DNA of 62,795 bases, filler included, from Bipalium vagum (GCA_037834085.1; 3 parts of 3 records of this genome joined end to end with filler, not necessarily neighbours in it), one strand, 5' to 3'. Counted from the first letter of the whole stretch, positions 27,936 to 40,078 are shown. Numbers and translations: made by a program. Notes: a model not told the origin generated them from the letters alone.

Positions 27936-28760
27936 TGTTGTGTATATGTTATTGTTGTAGCTGCATAAATTTACACCATATGTGAATCAAAACTCCCACA
28001 ATAATACTTTATCTGCTCTCTAAGTAAATCAAAACAAATCAGAGTAAAACTTTATTATAATGCAAAACTGAACTACTCACACGAATCACCAAAAATCACA
28101 ATGAACTTAAGAATCAATACTACTCGAAAAGTCAAAACTGATTAACTGTCTGAATATCAATGTAATACGAATGAATGTTAATATAACTTATGATTAAGAA
28201 TAATATTTAATGTAAATGAAGTTCGAAAGAATACTAAAAATTAAGAAAAACTAAAAAGAAACCAAGAATATCCTCACCCTGAGAAATAAGTGGTCCCAGG
28301 GTCGTCCACCAGGCTCTTCTCACGACACCTAGGGATTCCCAAACTGTTCCCTTATCATCATACCTGTGCAAAAAATGATTTTACTAGAATAAATGGCAAT
28401 CTTGTTTCTCCAACTGTTGGCAGAATAATCTTCACTTCTATAGCTGCCTTCAAAAGTAACCTCTTCTTCTTTACAAACTGTAATGGTAATTGCTTTCCAA
28501 AAATAAAAATTTTAGTCGTTTTCTGGGAAAATCCCTGAATAGCCGTCTATTGATATAGTCGTAGAGATTGGTTTATGATCACCAATCCCTACGCTTTGAG
28601 ACGGCTATTTCCATCAATATCCCTTTATTTCTAACTTTTATTTCTACGCCGAAACAAAGTTAGAAAAAGGAAATATTGTTGTAACTACTCCGACAACGGA
28701 GTCAATAATTTTAATATAACCAAATTTGATACATCAAAGTCTCGACGCCGGCACTTGATA
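27936..28760 (-). mobile_element. LTR family B copy; right boundary uncertain; probable internal leader extends to the spacer at 27264
   Basis: Same TGTTGTGT terminus and colinear blocks with 47920-48750 (gtaaaactttattat, aaaagtcaaaactgat, catcatacctg, hairpin aatagccgtc...gacggctatt, tctcgacg). Confidence 0.8.
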
Positions 28761-29639
28761 ACTAATCGAATCTTAAGGTAATTAGATTGTTTTATTGTAA
28801 TAAATATTTCTGTGCTTATTTTGATTCCATAGTACTATTGAATAAGTTTAAGGGAAGTAAATAGTAAAAGTTGCCTATTCGTTTACTTTTACTCGCTCTC
28901 GAACAAAATATTTTTTAAAAATTGGAGTCAGATCAATTCAGAGTGTTTAAGAGTCTTTCTAGATAATATTAAATTTTATTTTTAAAATTTTACTTTCAAA
29001 AAATGAAGAAAAAAAGAATTTCATTGTTAGCTTTTTATGTTTTCAAATATCCAGTTGATCAACTTGACTGTAGATCAGGGTAAAGAAAGTCCACATACAG
29101 AAAAAAGATAGATAAACTTGTAGATTTGATCGAAATCCTTATTCACCTTACAAGCCAAACCTACTACAATATGATTACCTTCTTTTTCGTTCTATGGCGG
29201 ATTCTTAAAACCAGAGTGCCAAACATTCTTTGATTCATAAAATTACTTGCCGAACCTTGGATAAAGTGCGTTGAGCATATTTTCGTGAATTAATTTTGCG
29301 TCTAATTAATTATAATTATATTAATTAACTTATATTAATTTTTTTTAGCTTATTTGTAGAACTTCTTAATAATTATCAGTATAAAATAGGACGAGCTTTC
29401 TAGATTACATACATTCTTATCAACTTTATTTTATATTTTCAATAAAATTGTCAATAGGAATCAATATAAAAATATTAAAACATTGATTCTTAAAATTTTG
29501 TCATTCACGACAGACTAATACTTGATCATTTAGAGAATTTTATTATCGACAAGTATCAATTTTTAATCATGCGACAATAAAAATTCGCATGAAAGATATC
29601 TCCGAAAATTCAAAAAATTACAAAAAAACCAGATCAAGA

Positions 29640-32110
29640 TTATTTCTTCAAAGAAAATTTCCTGTGGAATTCAGACATAATAATTGCTGCAGCAATGGAA
29701 GAATTGAGACTGTTTACACTGTTTACGATGGGAATATGTAATTTATAGCCGTAAGTATCACACGCCAGACTCTTGGCCTCATCAGAAACTCCATCGATTT
29801 CGCCTCCAATAACCAGTGCAAAAGATTTATTATCCTTGAACTGGACCACATTTTCGTCGAAGTACGCGAATGACTCAGCATCGTCATCTTTCGCAGACAC
29901 GTCGGCATAAAACACAACGCAATCAGGATGCAATGACGTCCGTATTTCCGACCAATCCAATTTTGAAAAAACTGGCGTGCAAAAGATAGATGACATTGAA
30001 CTTCGCAGCACTTTTTCATTGTACACATCCACACACCCGTGTGTCAACAGGATCTTGTGGACATTAAAACCCGTAGCCGTTCTGATTATTGTTCCCAGGT
30101 TTCCCGGGTCTCTGATATTGTCCAGAATAACGGTGAGGGGAAATTTTTTATTTGTAAACTGATCAACTAAAAATTGAGTGGGATCAGGTCGCTTAAAAAT
30201 TCCTGAAAGAAAAAGGTTTTGAGACAATAGGAAAATTTATTTCAAATAATATTAAAACGATAATATCGTTTATTCATTTGATTAATGAACAGGGTGATCT
30301 TAGACATCGAAATAATATATTTTAATATAATGCATATCTCTATAATTATGTTCCATAAAAATAATGTTATTCAAGATCGAATGTAAAATGGCATTCAAAA
30401 TTGAAATGAAACAGTTCACGAAAAATCAGCATAGAAAACGATACAAGTACACAAAAGTCAATTAAAGAAAATTTTATCAACATGATAATGATTATTTAAT
30501 GAATTACTTTTTACTGGACAATTTAGAAATCAATATCAATATTAATAGAAATACAAAATTGATCGAAACACGGTAATAAAATCAATATGACAAGAGACCC
30601 TGTCAAGATATATATAATGTTAAATAAGTTTTAGTTATAGATGAACTCCTATTTTTCGTAGATTGTTTAGCAGATATATAATTGATCAATCGACTGATCT
30701 AAATATTTTCATGTATCTTACTGGATCCCCTCCACAAATTTTACACAGTGACTCATATTGATACATATGGTATTTCGAAGGTTCCATGTCCATCATTTCA
30801 TTTGTTACGCAAAGATTTCAAAACATTTTAATACACAATACCATATAATTTTTAATTCTAGTTTTCAATATTCATTGATAATTTAAAAAATATTAACATT
30901 GCTTTTAATTGTTATTATAATTGTCATATTAAAACTCTAATATTATATATATTAAAATAAAAGTTATGTAATATTTAAAATGAAAGACTTATTAATTTTA
31001 TATAAATTACTATTATGAAATTAAAATTTCCACAATATGACTTAACGACATAAAATAGTGAAAAAATTATTCTGAAGAACCACCTTGATTACGAATTTTA
31101 CAGGAATTTATTTGAAAATTAAGGTAAATGTTGGATTACTTGGAATAACTTTCTTACCATTATTATCGAAATATCAATAAAATATTGATTTTGTTTAAAA
31201 AGAAAACGTTCAATGCATAAATAATAAATATTCATAAAATTATTTGAAAATATCATTGATTTCATAAAAAAATACACTGGAGCAGTCATTGAACTTCATA
31301 TAACGATTCAATAGAAATCCCTTTTATCAGTCAAATTTTAAATAATATAACAGTTAAGGTTATTTCACTGAGAAAAAGCATCAATTTACTTTGTGACAGA
31401 ATTTATTTCATTTTTAAGTGAAAATTTTCTTATTTTAATGCAGTTATTAACCCAAAAATAAGGAAAATCTATGAGAAAATTTAAATTATTTCAAAAAGAA
31501 AATTAAAACATCAAAGGAAATTTAACCCATTATTCCAGGTGGAGTTTTTAACATGGAAAACTTTTTCATAGACCTGTACGGTACGTAATAAATGTGAGAA
31601 TCATCAAATTCTGATGGAAAAGGAATCTCCTTCAACAAATCTCGATCGGTGAAATACAAATGGGTGAGAGTTGCATTGAGTTTTATGGCATCTCGTATCA
31701 TATTTATTCCTTCAATAACCAACGAGTCGTTATTCTCGCCGTTTAAGCGTCGACAATTGATTAATAGACTTCTATTGACAAAATTACCAAAGGTAATAAA
31801 TATATTACCCAATCTCATACCCAAAACGATCATCATTCATCTCCAGTCTTTCAATAGACTTATCGTGGAAATTTTCAAAGAAGTTTGTTGCTTTTTTGCG
31901 CACTGAGAAAAATGATCATCATTCCCATGCAGTGTGACAGGAAAATATCCTACTTGCTTGACGTTTTTTGACTTTTAAATCAGAAATTACCTCAGGAATC
32001 AACTGTTCATCTTCAGTAATGAGAGGTTTTGTATACTTCTTGATAAAAGAAATGTTTCGGCATTGAAATCTTAAGCCATTTGCAAGAAACTTGTTAGTAC
32101 ATATAAACAT
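29640..32110 (-). CDS. MRM3: Mitochondrial rRNA 2'-O-methyltransferase, SpoU/TrmH (SPOUT) family, MRM3/RNMTL1-like. Exons 32110-31954, 31902-31821, 31771-31527, 30202-29640; 348 aa
   Basis: SPOUT motifs VILDNIRDPGNLGTIIRTA, ALVIGGEIDGVS and VNSLNSSIAAAII; substrate-binding region LVIEGINMIRDAI and TPPGIMG/IFKRPD. Three GT-AG introns (51, 49 and 1324 nt) join in frame: 157+82+245+563=1047 nt. Basic N-terminus is consistent with a mitochondrial presequence. Confidence 0.92.
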
Positions 32111-32591
32111 TTCAAATAAACGGTTTGTATAAATATTAAAACAATCAATCGAGTTTTAATCAATTTATTTTTATTTAATCAATTTATGAAATCGATTTGT
32201 CAATAAAATTATATTAATTACAAAAAAAACAGAATTTTTAATTTATATTTTTTTCTCAAATATATTTTTAAAAAAATAATTTATATGAAAAAGTTTAGTA
32301 ATTAATAAAATTTTGTGTGTGGGTGTGCATTTTTTCAGTTATTATCTAACAAATCTTTCATTCTGACAACATTATTTTTCGTTTCCCCTTCAAAGAAGTT
32401 ACGTGATGGAAAAGTTTGAATTGCCAAAATATGATTTGTCGATTCAATTTTTCTGTCTTAAAATGTAGAAAGAAAAAAATTCTGAAATTTTACTGGTTTA
32501 ATTCTGCAATCATATTCAATTTATCTATTCAAATCATCATACAGAAATTGTTCATTTAATCAATAATTATTAGGTTTCTGTCCAAGCAAAT
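32111..32591. promoter_or_regulatory. Probable bidirectional promoter region between MRM3 and the 196-aa gene
   Basis: Start codons are about 480 nt apart and divergent, with no recognisable TE in between. Inferred from arrangement only. Confidence 0.5.
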
Positions 32592-33182
32592 ATGAATGAG
32601 ACTTCCGATTCAAAAACTTCGCCTAATGATATATTGAGGAACAGTGTAGACAATAACAAATTAACTGGACCTAAATTTCCGAGAGCACCCCCCATTATAT
32701 CGAACTATCGCGGAGAAAGAGATAATTTCGAAGGTAATCGTCTTTCAGTCAAGTTGATCATTTCCAATGAGACTTCTGAATTCAATCCAAAGAAAAAACC
32801 GACTGATAACATTATGAGCTATAGCTATGACGGTGGTCTTTTTAAATCGAAACCATCACGAGAAAACATGCGCGAATTTATCATCAACCCTGAATGGGTT
32901 AGTGAGCTGAAAACGTCGTCGAGTATTTTCAGTCAGCCCGAATGTCAAACGCACTTCATGAAAACGGAAATCGCTGCCAGAAAATACAATGGTAAACATC
33001 ACAAACAGAAAAATTGTTCGGAAAATGGAACCGACAAAAAATTAGAAAACAAAGAACCCAACTCATTCTACAATGGATGTTTCAGCGAGTACAACAAAAA
33101 GCCCAACAACCCCGAGTGGCCAAAGCGATGTCGCAGTGTCCCAGCCTCTAAATATAGGAATCCCATCAATTGGTGTTACTAA
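32592..33182 (+). CDS. Uncharacterised 196-aa protein, divergent from MRM3; a short upstream exon is possible (AG acceptor at about 32572-32573)
   Basis: 591-nt uninterrupted ORF that is more GC-rich than its flanks, followed by AATAAA about 45 nt after the stop. Candidate motifs REFIINPEWVSE, RCRSVP and YRNPINW; no family recognised. Confidence 0.72.
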   Translation: MNETSDSKTSPNDILRNSVDNNKLTGPKFPRAPPIISNYRGERDNFEGNRLSVKLIISNETSEFNPKKKPTDNIMSYSYDGGLFKSKPSRENMREFIINPEWVSELKTSSSIFSQPECQTHFMKTEIAARKYNGKHHKQKNCSENGTDKKLENKEPNSFYNGCFSEYNKKPNNPEWPKRCRSVPASKYRNPINWCY

Positions 33183-34249
33183 ACTCATATTCCGAAATAA
33201 TTGATTAATGTAAAACTGTGATAAAAAATAAAATAAAAAAGTTTTGTTTAATGAAAAATCGATATTATAAAAAATTATTTTTCCAAAAAAAATTCCCGAA
33301 AATTTTATTTTAAAAATAATATTATTATTATATTATTTTATTATTATTATTTATTATATTATATTATTATTATATTATATTATTATTTATTATATTATAT
33401 TATTATTATTACTTATTATACTATTATTAATATTATTTTTATTAAAATGAAAATTTAATAAAAAATTATGGAAAATTTTTTTTTATAAAATTTATCTGAA
33501 GTTCTTTTGGGGGAGAAATGGGAACTAATTTGAGCTAAGTAATGCAAAGTTACGATAATAATGATGTTACCATTATTATTCGGAAAAATTATCGATGCAT
33601 TGATGGGGATAAGAAAGGCCAAAAAGAAAGAATTGGCATTCCCTGCTGAGTAGTCCTCAGATCTAATTACTTAATTGATTCGTTTTGTTTATACTTTGCT
33701 CTGGACAATGAACGAATTTGTTCTGGTCATCCGTACTTACCAAATATTGGTGGATCATGTTCCGCTTTTTAACCAGACTTTTAAAAAGGATGATCCAGAT
33801 TTATCCTAATGATCTGAGAAATCTAAACGGGGTTTTATATTTGATTTAAACAAATCAATATTTATATAATTAATTCTTTGATTTATTAAATCAATAAAAT
33901 TTTAATAAAATTGATTTTTAAAAAATTTTCTGAAAGTGAATTAATTTTTTTTAATCCAAGGAGTCTGACATGAAAAGATTTTTAATAATTATTTAATATT
34001 TAATAATATTATTATTATTTTTTCATTATTATTAATTTTGTTTTTATTATTATTATATTAGATTTATCCCAACACCTTGGGGCAATCTCAACAGTTTTTT
34101 AATGTAATTTAGAAATAAAATAAACGAGAAATTTTATATAATATTGTTAGACTGTGTACTTTGGAACTTAACATTTATGATAACTGCCATGGTGAATCCA
34201 ATAATATTTTTCAAGAATCTCAGTTACATTTGACCCTGGTTCTCAAAAA

Positions 34250-34620
34250 CCCCGTCTCAGTTCAAATCTTTAGAGGAAGTAATTGTGTTATCAGAAACAT
34301 TTTTAAGTTTCACACTGTCCACCTACCCTCTATCAAATACTTTTGCCCAGGTATAATAAATACCACCAAGGGTAATACGACCCTGCTCGTTTTGTCTGCT
34401 GGAATATTGAACGATAAAAACTCATAAAATATTAGACCTTTTTTAATGTCACATAACATTGTTCTTTCGAATATCGATTATTTAGTTTTTCTCCTTATAT
34501 CATCGTTGAGTGTAAAACGCTTTCGAAAATGTATTCTTAAACTTTTTTCATTTAATTATGTTTTCGCATTTCCTTTCCAAAGAACAAAACCTCTACCTTG
34601 ATATCCTCGAAAATATTCAT
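34250..34620 (-). mobile_element. Possible BEL/Pao integrase C-terminal remnant
   Basis: Weak resemblance only: SLRIHFRKRF and TSRVVLPL..IPG..VDSVKLK against the typical BEL tail. Confidence 0.25.
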
Positions 34621-34742
34621 TGTGTGCCGTTACTTTCCCATTGGAACTCAGAGAAACGAAGAAGATAAAGGAAAGGAACAGTAAACAATTATTTCGAAGA
34701 TATCATTTATTACACCACAGCATTTTATTATGTTTTATAATC

Positions 34743-34807
<65 letters not shown>

Positions 34808-34859
34808 TATTCAAAAATGTTCCACTCTGAATGAGATCAAAATAGGTCTTTTCATCTAT

Positions 34860-35406
34860 CATCTTTTTGACAATTCCTTTTCCTGAAAGACATAAATGTT
34901 AAACAGGACACTTTTTAAACATTACCACTTTTTTGAATTACCATTACCTTAAGATGGTGGTCCGAAGTCCATTTCTGTTTTGTTGATGTTTTCGGCAATG
35001 GTGACGTCTGGCAACATCTACTGCCGGCGTGAAGGAAAATTGTCTCAACTTTCTTTTTGCCTGAATTTTGACCTTTCGACCCTTCACCATTTATGTTTGA
35101 CATGCGACCTGGTCGGCATTTTGTTACAGTTTTGGGTTGACTCTTTCTGGATTTCGTGTTTCCGGCATTTTGGTTGTTTGACGTACCTTGGAGGTCCGAA
35201 ACCGTTTCAGATTTTCTATCAGGTCTTTTAAACAGTCTCTTTGATTTTGACGCTGAACTTTTATACGACTTTCCAAACTCCGTTAAAGAACTTCTCAGCT
35301 GCTCTATGTCGTTCAATTCATGGAACGTTTGTATAACAATGGGATCACTATCTGGAGAATATTCCCCGGGCTGGAACGATATCTTGATGTACTTTTTCTG
35401 GCTCAT
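34860..35406 (-). CDS. Uncharacterised Lys/Ser-rich protein; first exon of about 150 codons, 3' splice structure ambiguous
   Basis: 163-aa ATG ORF, GC-elevated. Donor candidates AAG|GTAATG (34948) and AGTG|GTAATG, with a TCTTTCAG acceptor near 34883. A possible further exon at about 33750-33805 ends in TTG|GTAAGT. Confidence 0.55.
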
Positions 35407-36080
35407 TTAGATTTGAACGAAAGTTTTGAGAGTTAAACGATATTAAAACTGGCACTAAACACAACAAAGATAAATACAAATTTGAATTAAATTTAAAAAT
35501 TACTCAGCCAATCAAAATATTTGTATTTTTTTTTGTTTAAATGAGTGATCAGAATTTCGAACTTACATTAAATATTTGTGAATAAGGAAATATATATTTG
35601 TCGTCCACTTTTTCTATGATTTCGATTAATATTTTGAGATTTTTTATTAATCATTTAATAATAATAATTAATAATATTTTTTTATTATTTTTTCTTTAAG
35701 AAACCGAAAATTTTATTAAATTAAATTTTATTCTGGAAATTTTATTTATAATTTGGAGATCTTTGAGATAGGGTTAGGAGATACAAGGTTTAAAAATGAG
35801 AAAAACGCCGATGACTCCAGAGCAATTGTAGACTGCTTTTTTTAGACTGATGACAGACGATCCAAAAGGACCCAGACTGCTTCAATGTCTTGACATCTAA
35901 CAAGCTTAAAAATCAAGAACTCATTGAAATTTTTGTAACTTCTGTCGAAACAATCTTTCAATATGAGCCACTGCAAAAGATCCAAGACAGATCCTCGTAA
36001 AAATTTGAAAATTGTTCCGGAAATCCTCAAGAATAAATAAATTGGTCTCCAAATGATCAGCAGTCTGAAGGAGAATATTA

Positions 36081-37984
36081 TGTTGGTGTTATCAGTTTTC
36101 TGGAACAGATCCCAGTGAGTTCGAACCAAAAGCCGTGTACAAGGATCTCGGGAGTTTTGATACAGAATAACAACAATCAGTAAAGCAAACAATTGTATTT
36201 ATGTCACAATAACTCATACAAAAATCACAGTGATAACAATTACAGGAAATCGTCAAACTCAATAAAGCGATCAATAAAAATCAATCAAAACAAAATGTTA
36301 ATTAAAACAATCAATTAATTAAACAAAACCCATACTAAAATAATAATTAACAAATAATCAATAGGAATCAATAAAACGTTAAGGAAAAATAATGAAAAAC
36401 AACAACCTTACAGTTTGTCTTCGTTTAAGCTTCCCGAACCATCTGAGCCTTTAAAGTTGCTCAGAGATAGCTCTCTGGTGGGGAACTTAAACATAATCCC
36501 AGGAACAATTTTACTGACATTAAATAGAAATACTTCGTTAATATTTTTTTACTAAAAATCTTCGGTAGATAACTTCGTCAATAAGTGATAAAACTCATAA
36601 AAAGTCTTCATTATAAAAACTCTTCAAAATCTTTTCTAATGAAACGCTTGAACGTTTTTTCACGGGGAACGTCTACTGAAATCTCTTTGCTTATGTACTT
36701 TTCTGATGTTTGTCTTGATTCGAAGATTATTCTCGAAAAATCTAAAAACATCTTCAAAAGCCCTAAAATTCCATAAAATTTCCACTTATCCTTTTACCTT
36801 TCTTTTGTAATTATTGTATTAAATATTAATATTTGTATTATTGTTTTAAAATTACTCTCTATAAAATAAAATTTAATTTTTTAAGTAATTTTAAAATAAA
36901 AATATTATTATTATTATTCCCATTTTTATTATCTTTATTCTTATTATTATTATTTTTATTATCTTTATTATTATTATCATTATTATTAATATTAATACTA
37001 ATATTAATATTATTGGGTTTTGGGAATAATAATAATAATAATATTGATAATAAAGGATGATAATTAATAATAATAAAATTTTCTTTTTGCTAAAAAAAGA
37101 GATGGAGTTTCATTGTGACACCATCGTCGGAGCATTAAATGGAGATGGTGGGGTTTCCCGTCAATTGTCGAATTAACTCCGTCTCCAGAGTAATATTTCA
37201 TCTAATAGGCTATTGTTTGAAATAGCCGTCTCGGGTCGTATGGACCGTAGCCCAATCTCTACGACTATGTAATGTGACGGCTATTCCCGTGAAGTGCCCA
37301 TTAGACAATATTGACAAGAATTTGCAGAAATTGTAGACAGATTTTTGGATTTTTGCCGGAGTTTAATTTAATTTTTCTAAAGGAGATGACGAAGATTTCA
37401 ATCATATTTTTGGATTTTTTGCCGAAGAGATTACAGTAATAATATTTATTTTTCTCCTGCAATATGACTATGCAAAAGGATTACACAAGGAGTCACAATG
37501 TGCTTGGGAATACTTAGGTGACCTCAAAAGGGCCTAGTGGACGACCCGGGGACCCCTTGTTTCTCTGGTGAGGTCATCTATTTGATTTTCTTAATTTTTA
37601 TTTTAAATCGATTATTTCAGTTTTGTTTTTATGATTAGTATTGATTTAATAATTTTCTTTTGAATATCATAACTTATTATAACATTCGCCAAATTGACTC
37701 GAGTTTTCAGAAAATTGATTAGTGTTGGTTTTTGTATGTAATTTATTTAAAGTGTGATTTTGAATGGTACATGTGACTATAATAAAGTCTTATTGCGATT
37801 TGCCTTGATTCAATCAAGATGAAGATATGGTATTAAATTTGGTGTTTTGATTCAATAGATAAGGTTTTATCGTGAGGATTTTGATTCAAATTGAGGTTAA
37901 CCATATTAAGAGTACAACTTTATTAAAGTGAGGAGTCACTGGTAGACGAGCCAAAAATACATTATTGAGATATAAGAGTAACAA

Positions 37985-38039
<55 letters not shown>

Positions 38040-38105
38040 TCATGGGCACTTTTCGCGGCGTTATTAGTATTATTTACTGGGTAGGTATCTCGGGTAAACC
38101 CTACA
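36081..38105 (-). mobile_element. LTR family A copy, interrupted by the nested family B solo LTR
   Basis: Minus-strand start TGTAGGGTTTACC (38105) runs into (AAT)n and resumes after 37010. The body shares ctgagc..gctcagagatagctctctg and caacaatcagtaaagc with 16300-16830; it ends ...CAACA at 36081. Confidence 0.65.
37011..37983 (+). mobile_element. Solo LTR, family B, with 4-bp ATAT target-site duplication
   Basis: Starts T(A)TTGGGTTT then (AAT)n and ends ...GAGTAACA; ATAT at 37007-37010 and 37984-37987. Shares the hairpin aatagccgtc...gacggctatt, gtggacgacccggggacc and aataaagt with other copies. Confidence 0.8.
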
Positions 38106-38109
38106 TAAG

Positions 38110-38866
38110 ATCAAACTGACTGAAGAAATAAAGCCAAAAATTCTCAAAACTTGAAAATGTTCTAATTTCTATCAGAAAGTTTTCTTCAGTGATGAGTCTC
38201 ATTTTTGGCTAAACGGCTTTGTGAATTTGCAAAATTGTAAGATTTGGTCAAGTTCAAACCCAGAAGTGATGCTATAAATGTCTAAAAAAATTACTGTCTG
38301 GTGGTCCTTTCATGCTAGACGCGTTATTGGTCAGTAATTCTTTTTCAATGACGCTGGAAAACCAGTTACGGTAAATATGAAAAGATATCGCTCCGTGTTA
38401 AAGAAATATTTTTTGGGCAATAAAAAGATCTTCAATTGGGTGACATGTGATTTCAGCAAGATGGCGCCCTGATCAAACAATTCAAGTTTTGAAATCAAAG
38501 TTTGGTGAGCCTATTATTTCAAAAAATGGACCAATCAATTGGCCGCCTCATTTGTGCGATTTGACACCCCTTGGTATATTAAATCGCTGGTCTACAGTAA
38601 CAAGCCTGAAACTTTGGAGGTTCTCAAAACCAATACCGAACACGCTTTAATTGGAATTTTATCTGAATTTGTAAGAGATATGGAAAATTGGATTCAATGA
38701 ATTTACATCTGTAAACGTGCTCTAAGAGAACATATGAGTGATTTCGAGTTCCATAATTAATGGAAATCTTTGTGCATTAGCTTGAAATAAAAATTTTATT
38801 CATATATCGAATGAATGTCTTTCTGTTCGAAAAACAAAATGAGTCGTCCTTAATGGAACTCCCTTT
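38110..38866 (+). mobile_element. Decayed DD41D-like Tc1/mariner element
   Basis: FFSDESHFWLNGFVNLQNCKIW, FQQDGA and GPINWPPHLCDLTPL. Confidence 0.85.
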
Positions 38867-39089
38867 ATTATTGTTGAAGTGCAACCATGGTAATTTTAAT
38901 TTTGATGATTACTTACTTCAGTAATAATAGTTAGCATTTGTCCTAAAAATATCTTCACTGTCGACATTATTTGGAATTTTCTCAATTAATAAAACCTTTA
39001 GTGGCAAAACTGACAAAAATAACATTAAACAGGTTAAACTCAGTACCTCTTCAAGCAATGTGTTTTTCACTTTATTGACCTATCAATAT

Positions 39090-39430
39090 CCATCGCGTTT
39101 TATTTCTTCCTCCATTAACGTTGGTTTGATTAACGTAAGATTATTAAGGAACGCACCCCTAACGTTAAACGAGGAATTATTGTAAATGTGATTGCAAATT
39201 GGGTATCGAGTTCATTAACCATTGATCAAATTAATGATTTGGAGACAACTTTTGGCACATTTTCAAAAACGTCCAAGCGACTTTTGTGTCATAGGTAGCC
39301 TGTGATGAAACATATATTGACTATTACACTTCAATGTCTACTCAAAAACCGAAGCAGTGGATTTTCTTATGGGGAAAGTGTGCCGAAGTGACCAAAAATG
39401 GAAAAAACGTAGGTAAGGTTATGGTTGATT
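39090..39430 (+). mobile_element. Mariner fragment
   Basis: KWVSSSLT and VACDETYIDYY..PKQW..GKVM. Confidence 0.6.
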
Positions 39431-39699
39431 GCTTCATTTTTCCAAATTTCTCCAAAAATCTTCCTTTAATTGCTCTTTAAAACTTCTCAGTAATATTTTA
39501 ATTATTTTTAATAGGTTTTAATTAGGCTAAAAATTATTTTAGGGAAACTTTTTCAAGGACTTTTTAAGAGAGTAATTAAAATGTATTACCCAGTAAATAT
39601 TTTATTAGTTATCGAATTTCTTTAAGAGTTTTACAGAGTGCTTTTGGTAAAGTCACGAAAACTAAGCCGTTGACCCAAAATAGATCTATGAGCCTGCTT

Positions 39700-40078
39700 T
39701 TTTTAGAATGGCTTAGGACTATTAAAGAAGATAGGTTCCATGGATGTTCAATAATATCGAAGCTTAAATAATGATATTATTTCGAAAAAATAGTGTTAGA
39801 TTGGAAAGGAAATTCTCCATGTGTCATCCTAATCGAACATATTTTTTTTTGTTCCATGCAATTCCAAAGGGAAATTTTGAAAAACATTGCAATACCGGTA
39901 TTATTTGGACAGAGAATATTGTCTAATTCCATGGAATTAAGGGGATTTGAGTCAAATCTGTTCTCCATAAGCAAAAGAATCCCACAAAATATTATTATGT
40001 AATTATAGTGAAAATCTGACCTACATTCGTTCTTATTTATTTGATATGCAGGTGATCAAAATTTTTGAAGGTACTGTA
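39700..40078 (-). mobile_element. Probable Tc1-like remnant
   Basis: End TACAGTACCTTCAAAAATTTTGATCACC (Tc1-type CAGT TIR after TA) and a degenerate DN..C motif. Confidence 0.4.

Noticed and set aside
29723-30162. Overlapping or antisense ORFs within MRM3, the 35k gene and the 402-aa exon
   Set aside because: Shadow frames of real coding sequence.
36110-36135. GGTTCGAAC on the minus strand as a tRNA T-loop or primer-binding site
   Set aside because: No cloverleaf or A-box, and no convincing tRNA 3'-end complement could be assigned by eye.
35842-36274. 116-aa and 60-aa ORFs with a hydrophobic start (also 28290-28538 and 27615-27866)
   Set aside because: Lie within LTR or leader repeats, use non-ATG starts, and are not conserved between copies.
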